Positions 57,101-64,000 of a stretch of 64,000 bases of DNA are shown piece after piece. The position numbers were made by a program, and so were the translations under genes. The stretch's first letter is position 1; the number at the start of each line of letters is the position of its first letter. The notes under the pieces are model-generated. The model was not told the origin of the DNA. It made no database searches and saw only the letters and a list, made by a program, of their open reading frames with translations. Source of the stretch: an uncultured virus (IMG/VR IMGVR_UViG_3300027627_000004) (lineage: Duplodnaviria > Heunggongvirae > Uroviricota > Caudoviricetes); IMG/VR virus record IMGVR_UViG_3300027627_000004; one strand, written 5' to 3'.

Positions 57101-59752
57101 GCGGAAATACTTTGTGGTGATGGTGTAACATCGGTTGGTCATTTTACGGGGACCGATGCCCATACCAGAGCGATGAATGTGGTTAAATCAGGAGATACGG
57201 TTAAGTTACTGCCTGGTACATATTCAGGTCAGTGTATTATATCCACTGATGATCTAACTTTAGAATTTAGTAAGGGTGCGGTTATAAAAAACAATACCGC
57301 ATCACCTAGTACCTCAATTAATTTTTCAAATTGGAATTCTGGAACGGATGTTATTACGAGTATAGCACATGTCTTTAAAGCAGGCATGGCTGTAAATATA
57401 ATAACATCTGGAACTTTACCTACTGGCATAATTTCGGGCTTAACGTATTACATCATAAATAAAACAGATAATACTTTTCAGCTTGCTTTAACTGCATCTG
57501 GCAGTGCCGTAGATTTTAATTCTCAAGGAACTGGCAATCATACGGTGTCCGCAGCGATGTTTGCTTTAAATGTCAATGCAGCTAATTTTAAATTAAACGA
57601 CGCTGTCATTGATTCTTGTTCTGTTGCAATTAACTTTACTGAAAATGCAAGTACACCAGAAATAGTAAACCCAAAGTTTACAGATTTGGTATCAAGAAAT
57701 TTTTCAGCAACACCTATACAGCAAGCTGGAGGCACTTTTTTCTCTAAGAAAAATCTTACAGGAGCTTATACTTGTACTGATGGGATCTTAGGTGAATTTA
57801 CTGGTGATTTTAATTCACCCAGCGCCATTAATGACGCGATTGCTGTTGCAGAAGCTGGTGACGTAATTTTAATTTATCCTGGTACTTATAACTCTTTTAC
57901 TTGTACTAAAGATAATATTTATTTTAAAGGGTACGGTGCTAATGAAGTTTTCATAAATGGTCCGACATCTATTACCGTCTCTGGTAACGGTAATAAGTTT
58001 GAAAATTTGGTCTGTGACGGCGCTACAGGTATTGATTGTAGTGGCACATATAATATTTTTGAATCCAGTGTGACGTTCTCCGCTGCTGTAAACGTAAAAT
58101 TAAAATTACCAGTAACAAATGCTCGTCATTACAATTTCCATCCTTTGTTTGCTGCAAATACGGCAAGGGCAAACACTGCGGGTATAGTAACTATTGGCGA
58201 CGGTACAACTAGCTTTGGTGATTATTGTGGTGCGGACGCCATCAACCAAGCTCTGTTAAACGAGCCTAGTGGGACTAAGTTAAAAGTAGGTGCTGGTATA
58301 TTCAATGCCATTAACCCAGGCGTCGATAGAGATAATTATTTTATAGAAGGTGCGGGTTACAGCACTAAAATTCAAGCTAATCATCTTGCGGGTGATTTAG
58401 AGGTAGTGAACCTCTCAGGTGACTTTAATACGATTAAAGACCTGCATTTAGAGGCTTTGAATAATATAGATACCGGCTACAATATGTACGGTGTCACGGT
58501 TAACGGTAATGAAAATACGATAGACAATGTTACGTTTGTAGAGGCAGGCAATAGTCTTATTACCGCCGAACGTAAATATAATTTTAAGTCTGGTTCTCGC
58601 TCCGTATTTACCAAAAAAACAGGAGCACCAATTGACGGTATTGCTTCCTGGACTGTGGGTGATGGTAAGCGTTCGTTTGGAGATATAAATGGTCCAAGCG
58701 GAATTGATATTGCTCTTAATCAATTGCCTTATTCACCAAACTCAACCAATACGGGCGCTATCACTGAGGGGATGAATCCTAATCAGGCGATATTCCGTGA
58801 TTATTCAACGCCTGTTTTGTTAGAGTTTTTAGATCAAAGCGATCCTAATTATGTAGATGTATTAAATAGGTATATCTATATTAGGAGCACGGTAGCTGGC
58901 AGTAACAATACCGGCAGTTTCAAAATTGTGAGTATTGAGGATGCTACAGGAATTGTTGTAGAGCGTGACGATAGTAAGCTATGGGACTTTACAGAACCTG
59001 CGAAGTCTAGTTTAACCTGGAATATTTTGACCGGCGCTAAAATAGTTGTGCTTCCAGGTACATATACTGGTTTCACCATACCACAAAGCCGCAATGATAT
59101 TGATTTAGAGGCTTGGGGTTCGGACGTGATTTTGTCAGGTGATGATCCTTTAATAACTGTCGAAGCTAGTCGGTGCCGTATAGCAGGATTTAGGTTTGAG
59201 GGTACTGGAGTAGGCATACGAGTTGAAGGTAGAGATAATATATTTGAAAGAAATATATTTGGTTCTGACATCACGACACGCTACGACATAGTTTCTATGT
59301 TTCCTTTAATAGATGGTGCGGTTAATACAAAAATATTTGGCGCTCCTGAAAACTTAGATAAAACTTGTTATACTGTTGCTTCGCATTTAGGGCGTGGTGA
59401 TTTTGTCGGATTGACAGGCGGTTGTATTCAAGCTGCCGTTGATGCGGCAGAAAACGATGACCAGATAAAAACAGTATTTATAGGTGCCGGTAATTATAGT
59501 ATCAGCAGCGCAATAAATGTACCTGTAGGTATTACTGTTATAGGATCTGGCTACAATACAGTATTAACGTCTACGGGTTCTACAATTGCATTTCAACTAA
59601 CTACTGGTTACCAATCAATATCTGGTTTACGCTTTAGTGGTTTTACTAATTACGTTAATGGACCGGCTACTTCTGTCTTTGCCAGAGGAAACTGGCTAGG
59701 TGGTAGTACGGCAGCAGGTTTAGCCGCTAGTTCAACTGCGGATAATTTGTGA
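54158..59752 (+). CDS. Large tailspike/fibre protein with multiple beta-helix segments
   Basis: Repeated VGDG..SFGD...INxAL...PGTY beta-helix openers and HG...YYV modules; 1864 aa. Confidence 0.8.
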   Translation: MTIETLLGFRNTDSTENINARLAGLVPKGIFRGGNLIPEPNSLQIRVVGTAGEPWVFLAISPEGMVLRNKNSEYVLPVKAGLTNVVVLRAKYLVGSAPIASLEVMTLGEFDIDPDKESLVRLGLVSPPAGAIKVLPSDIDLSFRDSVEGFRRNIVRGVVSTVADLPAVSGFPAYAEVNLVGNNFAENTTVTIAAGAISEIFPFVPAINFKLGDLNIPGLSRVNPSQVNIVSINKLGTSDTVTVATTTAHNLSTGDGIRLSDTPAANVNGVWSVSSIVSSKEFRFKKNDNSTIEVGKYFTFTVDIVENTINKTNHGLLNGQQVIFLSSGNLPAGLNNTTIYYVVSALANTFKVSLTFNGYGIDLSDAGTGTHTVYQASGNGNAIKSDVICSVIAKTAPGVQHGLVQTMPIVITGVADPSFNVNSVVDTVIDSQTFTFKMSGYPTAVSGLGQVSKSGLSLPTNAVEIGENAATTAEHFENSFTSSRLAPLIKATAIGSSLQLQVKDAGVLGNSYTLASSEPGYTSAQKQIVLSGNTFTGGLDPLSGLDAPIDLRVGDIYVVEFGDEGTLDLWGFDGTVFRNLTSAATSTLLDFHRRNLLLNEKHLTENEKDALSGTRGVPSSTNRFVTQQDSSVLTADLGDALVGADTEVPSGTNRFLTEARWRGERRNITISEGNNSIELPSGRWVVGNETTSGFKFFNVVFKDSLDPVAYPGGPVEYTQVDFSKVTVEQLYKNSGLSDVLNPSSDADSLGIYPKLDDATLGNPVKLFVKLSQNIDNGDAAILYSSASQERTRLVGSDMLAGPQRIIPADLRDIQNKVSELRFNKGIGVANTTVTFPADLFVSSNLQNYKYRRAVSGTFATISDTFDINFLTGTGTAGIVNSFTPVTLPAANTWTRYVLTLNQTGKVDVYHIANYIEKSTDNIFHLNLEDVALPNLAFTQGEWLFASVAVKSNSTNTGIVIDTTAGCIEMYPYQAGNAREWGAEILCGDGVTSVGHFTGTDAHTRAMNVVKSGDTVKLLPGTYSGQCIISTDDLTLEFSKGAVIKNNTASPSTSINFSNWNSGTDVITSIAHVFKAGMAVNIITSGTLPTGIISGLTYYIINKTDNTFQLALTASGSAVDFNSQGTGNHTVSAAMFALNVNAANFKLNDAVIDSCSVAINFTENASTPEIVNPKFTDLVSRNFSATPIQQAGGTFFSKKNLTGAYTCTDGILGEFTGDFNSPSAINDAIAVAEAGDVILIYPGTYNSFTCTKDNIYFKGYGANEVFINGPTSITVSGNGNKFENLVCDGATGIDCSGTYNIFESSVTFSAAVNVKLKLPVTNARHYNFHPLFAANTARANTAGIVTIGDGTTSFGDYCGADAINQALLNEPSGTKLKVGAGIFNAINPGVDRDNYFIEGAGYSTKIQANHLAGDLEVVNLSGDFNTIKDLHLEALNNIDTGYNMYGVTVNGNENTIDNVTFVEAGNSLITAERKYNFKSGSRSVFTKKTGAPIDGIASWTVGDGKRSFGDINGPSGIDIALNQLPYSPNSTNTGAITEGMNPNQAIFRDYSTPVLLEFLDQSDPNYVDVLNRYIYIRSTVAGSNNTGSFKIVSIEDATGIVVERDDSKLWDFTEPAKSSLTWNILTGAKIVVLPGTYTGFTIPQSRNDIDLEAWGSDVILSGDDPLITVEASRCRIAGFRFEGTGVGIRVEGRDNIFERNIFGSDITTRYDIVSMFPLIDGAVNTKIFGAPENLDKTCYTVASHLGRGDFVGLTGGCIQAAVDAAENDDQIKTVFIGAGNYSISSAINVPVGITVIGSGYNTVLTSTGSTIAFQLTTGYQSISGLRFSGFTNYVNGPATSVFARGNWLGGSTAAGLAASSTADNL

Positions 59753-59761
59753 GGCAAATAA

Positions 59762-60829
59762 ATGTTTACTGATCCTGTAGATACAATCTTATGCCAGCTT
59801 ACCCTTGAAGGTAGAAACCTTTTAGCGCGAATGAAATTTGGGACTGAATGTTTGTTTACCGTAGATGGCTGGCAAATGGGTAGAGGCGGTTATGACGCTA
59901 CTAACCCCGTCAAAATAACTCCTATAGTCGATAATACAAATCAGTCTGTAGGGTATATAGAGGTTATCAGTAACTCAAATTGGAAAGCTGGAGATCAAAT
60001 AGTATTAAATGGTGTGTCTTTTATTAAAGATACACATTGGGTAGTCGGAGGTACGGCAGAGGAAACGGCAGATAACATATTAAAAGCGGTAAACGATTCA
60101 AAAGATCCAGGTATATATAGACTAATTTTAGCAGATATAGATCCCCTAGAACCTGCCAAATTACGTTTTACATCGATAGTTTATGGAAATGTTTTAACTG
60201 GTAAAGATTTTAATTTTTTGCCTGCAGCTATTAACGTAAGTAACGATGAAATAATTTTAGTTAATCACGGTTTAGTAAACTATATGGAATGTGAGTTTGC
60301 GACTACAGGCACATTACCTAATGGAGTAGTGACTGGGACAAAATATTATATAGAAGTAATAGATAAAGACACCTTTAAACTTTCTACTACTTTAAACACA
60401 CCAAACGCTTTAAATATTACTACTCAAGGTACAGGTATTCATTCGATTCTACCCACTGCTAATTTATATCCGATAAATCATTTAGAGGTTCCTGGTGCGT
60501 CTAGTTTTGAAGTTACACCTATGAGCCTAGCTATATCTAATGCTCTAATTGATGCCGCATATCCTGTACCTCCCACATTAGGGAGTTTTCTTTTACCGGA
60601 TGGACGAATAGAAAGACCTACCGATAGTTCTCTTTCGTTTGTACTACGCATACCTGATGGTGCAGTAGGTATGAACGCTTACGGTGAGGTAGGACTGTGG
60701 GCTACAATTATTCAAAGCACACACCCTATGGAGATCGGACGTAAAGTTCTGTTTGCCCATGGACACTTTCCGATATTCGCAAAAACAGATCGTAGCCTAT
60801 GGACGTTTAGAGTTGTAATCACTATGTGA
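59762..60829 (+). CDS. Baseplate/fibre-associated structural protein
   Basis: LTLEGRNLLA...MGRGG start, YGEVGLWA...LFAHGHFP..AKT collar-like end; architecture parallels 53180. Confidence 0.7.
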   Translation: MFTDPVDTILCQLTLEGRNLLARMKFGTECLFTVDGWQMGRGGYDATNPVKITPIVDNTNQSVGYIEVISNSNWKAGDQIVLNGVSFIKDTHWVVGGTAEETADNILKAVNDSKDPGIYRLILADIDPLEPAKLRFTSIVYGNVLTGKDFNFLPAAINVSNDEIILVNHGLVNYMECEFATTGTLPNGVVTGTKYYIEVIDKDTFKLSTTLNTPNALNITTQGTGIHSILPTANLYPINHLEVPGASSFEVTPMSLAISNALIDAAYPVPPTLGSFLLPDGRIERPTDSSLSFVLRIPDGAVGMNAYGEVGLWATIIQSTHPMEIGRKVLFAHGHFPIFAKTDRSLWTFRVVITM

Positions 60830-60906
60830 AATTAATCTAATATAATTAAACCTTTCTTACTAGATTAATTATAAAGGGTATGCCTTTATTTAATAGGAGA
60901 ATTACG

Positions 60907-61191
60907 ATGGCTAGTTTGAATTTTTTAAAAAAACGTGTAACTGATTTTAAACTTGTTAAAGGCACAGATTCTTACACTGTAGATTGTGACTTTACCCCGA
61001 ATGCAGTTTTGGTAGATTTTGTGGATATCTTGACGAAAAATGAAAAAGACACGATTAGCTGGGACTTAGCGGCTACGGCTACTGGTTATCAATTAACCGT
61101 CAGCCATGTCACTGCTAGCCCACGCAAGATCAAAGTGGTTTTAGCTAAATACGCTAAAAACCCAGAGCAAACGATCAGCTTTGGTAGCTAA
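60907..61191 (+). CDS. Small putative structural protein
   Basis: RBS aggag before MASLNFLKKRVT; AGATT at 60862. Confidence 0.65.
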   Translation: MASLNFLKKRVTDFKLVKGTDSYTVDCDFTPNAVLVDFVDILTKNEKDTISWDLAATATGYQLTVSHVTASPRKIKVVLAKYAKNPEQTISFGS

Positions 61192-61514
61192 GGTATCCAA
61201 GATTTCAGAATCGTGGACGCAATCTCTGCTACAGATTGCGTGTTACCTACTATAAGCATCGATTGATCGTTCGGACCGGCTACGACATTAATGCTTGGTT
61301 GTAAGCCTAAATTTGGCGGCACAGCTATTACTTTAGGCTTAAGCTTAGTTGATTTATTTTTATTTTTTTCGTAATAAACTCTACCTCTGTGCAAAGTAGA
61401 AGCAGTTAATTTCAGTCTTTTAAGTATTGATTCAGTGGTTTCTTCTGGGTTTTTTTGTTTGGCTTCCTTCCAAAGGCGATATGTTTTGTCTGCTGCTGGT
61501 GATAATGCTTTCAT
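61188..61514 (-). CDS. Small basic HTH-like protein
   Basis: ESILKRLKLTASTLHRGR HTH-like stretch. Confidence 0.55.
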   Translation of the reverse strand: MKALSPAADKTYRLWKEAKQKNPEETTESILKRLKLTASTLHRGRVYYEKNKNKSTKLKPKVIAVPPNLGLQPSINVVAGPNDQSMLIVGNTQSVAEIASTILKSWIP

Positions 61515-61517
61515 GCT

Positions 61518-61892
61518 TTACCCTTTACCTGATGACAATCTTGTGTAATTTTTGATTGCCCATTTTGCTACTTCTGCGGTGTAAATAACTCTCTTACCAT
61601 CGAAGAATGGTGGTATCGATCTCAAGCCTTTTTCGGTAAGAAAACTACCTGCAAGGCTTCGATGATAAGCGAAGGTATTATTCGCACCAAATAATTTAAA
61701 GGCATCCCATTTATTATTAAAAAACATTACAAATTGCCCTGGCTCTAATAGAGTTAAGTCTATTCCACGGCTTTTCGCTATGTCTTTTAAGCTATCATGA
61801 CTATACGCCATAGAGACATAAGGGATGACTTGCAACACACCTGGGTTATCGGATATTCTTTGTCTCGGTAAACGTGCAGCTACACTAGCCAT
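61518..61892 (-). CDS. Hypothetical protein, weak IS66 accessory (Orf2)-like pattern
   Basis: VSMAYSHDSL...GQFVMFFNNKWDAFKLF; RBS ggagg before MASVAA. Confidence 0.4.
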   Translation of the reverse strand: MASVAARLPRQRISDNPGVLQVIPYVSMAYSHDSLKDIAKSRGIDLTLLEPGQFVMFFNNKWDAFKLFGANNTFAYHRSLAGSFLTEKGLRSIPPFFDGKRVIYTAEVAKWAIKNYTRLSSGKG

Positions 61893-61927
61893 GAAGCCTC
61901 CTAGATGCTTTAGCAAAGCATCTAGTA

Positions 61928-62938
61928 TTAGGTGGGTACGTTGTCAAGCCTTTTCAAGTACCAGGCTATTGTTTTTCTTAAACCCGTCTCAAATGTCTCT
62001 TTAGGCTCAAAGCCTAAGTCTCTCTTAATTTTGCTGGCATCAATCGCGTAGCGTTTATCGTGACCTAATCTATCGGTTACAAAACTGATAAGGGAGCGTC
62101 TGTTAGTTGGTCCCTCCATCTCATCAACTAAATCACAAATACGTTCAACAACCTCTAAATTTGTCTTTTCGCAATTGCCGCCTATATTATAGGTTTCACC
62201 GATTTTGCCTTCAGTAGCCACTAAATATAAAGCATCAGCATGATCTTCAACATATAACCAGTCTCGTACATTATCGCCTTTACCATAAACAGGTAGGGGT
62301 TTTTGGTTATAAGCATTTAAAATAATTAAAGGTATTAATTTCTCTGGGAACTGATAGGGACCATAATTATTTGAGCAGTTAGTGATTAAAGTGGGCAAAC
62401 TGAATGTTTCATGCCACGCACGAACTAAATGATCACTAGATGCTTTACTCGCTGAGTATGGTGAATTAGGTGCATAAGACGTTTCTTCTGTAAAAAGTCC
62501 TGTATCACCCAATGTGCCGTAAACTTCATCAGTTGAGATGTGATGAAATCTAAATTTATTTCTAGAGGATTCATCAAGCTTTTCATAATAAATCCTTGCC
62601 GATTGTAACATCTCATAAGTGCCAATAAAATTGGTCTGCATAAAAATGCGCGGAGAATCAATGGACCGGTCAACGTGAGATTCTGCCGCAAGATGCATAA
62701 CAATAGTTGGTTTATATTTTTCAAAAGTAAAATTTAAAATACTAGAATCGCAAATATCGGCTTGTATGAAAAAATACCGATTTGGATATAGCTTTTTAGT
62801 ATCGTGAAAAAAAGATAGATTGGAAGCATAAGTCAATTTGTCATAATTGATCACAATATCATCGGTGTCTCGAAGTATCTTTCTTATTACCGCAGAACCA
62901 ATAAAACCCGCACCACCCGTAACCAATATAGTATTCAT
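61928..62938 (-). CDS. rfbB: dTDP-glucose 4,6-dehydratase
   Basis: [47 protein letters not shown]. Confidence 0.97.
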   Translation of the reverse strand: MNTILVTGGAGFIGSAVIRKILRDTDDIVINYDKLTYASNLSFFHDTKKLYPNRYFFIQADICDSSILNFTFEKYKPTIVMHLAAESHVDRSIDSPRIFMQTNFIGTYEMLQSARIYYEKLDESSRNKFRFHHISTDEVYGTLGDTGLFTEETSYAPNSPYSASKASSDHLVRAWHETFSLPTLITNCSNNYGPYQFPEKLIPLIILNAYNQKPLPVYGKGDNVRDWLYVEDHADALYLVATEGKIGETYNIGGNCEKTNLEVVERICDLVDEMEGPTNRRSLISFVTDRLGHDKRYAIDASKIKRDLGFEPKETFETGLRKTIAWYLKRLDNVPT

Positions 62939-62996
62939 AAGTACCTCAATATAAGTTCAATAAGATTAACTTTACCGGATTTTTCTAGGAGATCAA

Positions 62997-63140
62997 ATGC
63001 GCTTTTTGAAAAAAATAACAGCCGAAGATTACGTGCCTTGGTTGAATGAAGCTACCGAGGCAGCTATGAACGCTATACTCGAAGTAAAAAAGAAAATGCA
63101 AGACTGGGCTGAAGAAGAAGTACAAGTACTTTGGAACTAA
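62997..63140 (+). CDS. 47-aa peptide with leader (below ORF-track cutoff)
   Basis: RBS aggag; MRFLKKITAEDYVPWLNE...; AGATT at 62963. Confidence 0.6.
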   Translation: MRFLKKITAEDYVPWLNEATEAAMNAILEVKKKMQDWAEEEVQVLWN

Positions 63141-63553
63141 AATATCAAACATCTTTAGCGACCGGCTTGGATCTGCCCGCAAATCAAGATTTGGATATCG
63201 CGCCTGGAGAACGAACTATTGTAGATACGGGCATATATCTACAAGATCTTTTTAATCAAGATGATCTCATTCAATTACAAAAAGATTTTGGCAGTAATAT
63301 AATTATAGATGCCCAGATAAGACCAAGATCAGGTCTTGCTGCAAAACATTATATTACGGTTCTTAATACGCCAGGAACTATTGATTTAGACTACCATGAT
63401 ACTATCAAAGTAATATTGATTAATCATGGCTGGAAATTATTTGAGATAAAAAAAGGAGATCGAATAGCACAACTTGTTTTCGGTCTTGCTTTTCGACCAA
63501 CCAAGTTTTTGACTGAAGGCAAAAGAACAGGCGGTTTTGGTTCTACAGGGTGA
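63131..63553 (+). CDS. dut: Trimeric dUTPase
   Basis: GLDL, RPRSGLA, PGTIDLDY, GDRIAQLV, RTGGFGSTG. Confidence 0.95.
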   Translation: MELKYQTSLATGLDLPANQDLDIAPGERTIVDTGIYLQDLFNQDDLIQLQKDFGSNIIIDAQIRPRSGLAAKHYITVLNTPGTIDLDYHDTIKVILINHGWKLFEIKKGDRIAQLVFGLAFRPTKFLTEGKRTGGFGSTG

Positions 63554-63769
63554 CACCCCCCTCGCCCTAAAGGGCAAGGCTTCCCTACGGCTCTAACGAG
63601 TTAGAGCTTTCAGCGTTTCGTGCCCGAAACGGAGAATGTTCTTGGCTCCCGTTACATCACGATCATGTATCGTGTTGCAAGTAGGACAAGTCCACTCTCT
63701 TACTCCAAGACCACTTAGTCCACTAGGTCCTGTCTTTGAGAGATGGCAGGAAGAAAAGAGTTGAGTGAC
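63550..63769 (-). mobile_element. tnpB: IS200/IS605-family remnant: TnpB C-terminus and right end
   Basis: Minus strand TQLFSSCH...GLGVREWTCPTCNTIHDRDVTGAKNIL*, then gaagccttgccctttagggcgaggggggtgTCAC right-end hairpin. Confidence 0.85.
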
Positions 63770-64000
63770 TTAAATTATTTTCCAAATTACCAATTCTTAA
63801 TGAAATACTTTCCAAATTACCAGTGTTTTAATGAAAAACTTTCCAAGTTATTACTAGTAATTCTACTAGAATTATAGAAAAAAATATATTTTTTATTAGA
63901 TCATTTCTTCTTTTGCTATTTTCTTTATCGGTTTTATATTTTTTTGATGTAATTTCTAATTCGTTTAAAGCTTTATTGCATTCTAAAGCCAGGTCAACTT

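Noticed and set aside
17569..59274. Numerous short antisense ORFs inside the scaffold, portal, sheath, helicase and fibre genes
   Set aside because: Shadow ORFs fully nested on the opposite strand, with no RBS or motifs
61188..61916. IS66 element
   Set aside because: Only weak resemblance to accessory genes, order reversed, no TnpC transposase or terminal repeats seen
1..64000. Alternative genetic code
   Set aside because: Long genes are intact in the standard code and TAA, TAG and TGA all terminate genes at plausible ends

Overview
Segment of an AT-rich large (jumbo-type) contractile-tailed phage genome. The right two-thirds is a virion module: probable scaffold, portal, neck/terminator, tail sheath, tail tube, SNF2-type helicase and very large baseplate/fibre proteins, ending in rfbB, dut and a TnpB remnant. 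No major capsid or terminase gene could be recognised in the window. The left 11.6 kb is a mobile-DNA hotspot with three parts: (i) an internally deleted IS1-like element carrying a DNA methyltransferase (66-1465); (ii) an array of four ~220-bp attP-like sites (GGAAGCCA arm repeats around a tRNA-3'-end-like core) separating single-gene cassettes, namely methyltransferases and small putative virion proteins (about 2790-6483); and (iii) a ~5.1-kb integrase + Rep + iteron element inserted at the 3' end of the phage tRNA-Gln (6496-11584). Two signals recur across the window: an AGATT(A/T/C) motif just upstream of most free-standing gene starts (putative late promoter), and a shared N-terminal leader (M-x-F-L-x-K-[VI]...[VI]-x-A) on about 20 unrelated proteins (putative head-targeting propeptide). 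These proteins include a tandem family with hypervariable 20-aa leucine-rich repeats. All product calls come from motif recognition by eye; no database searches were run.
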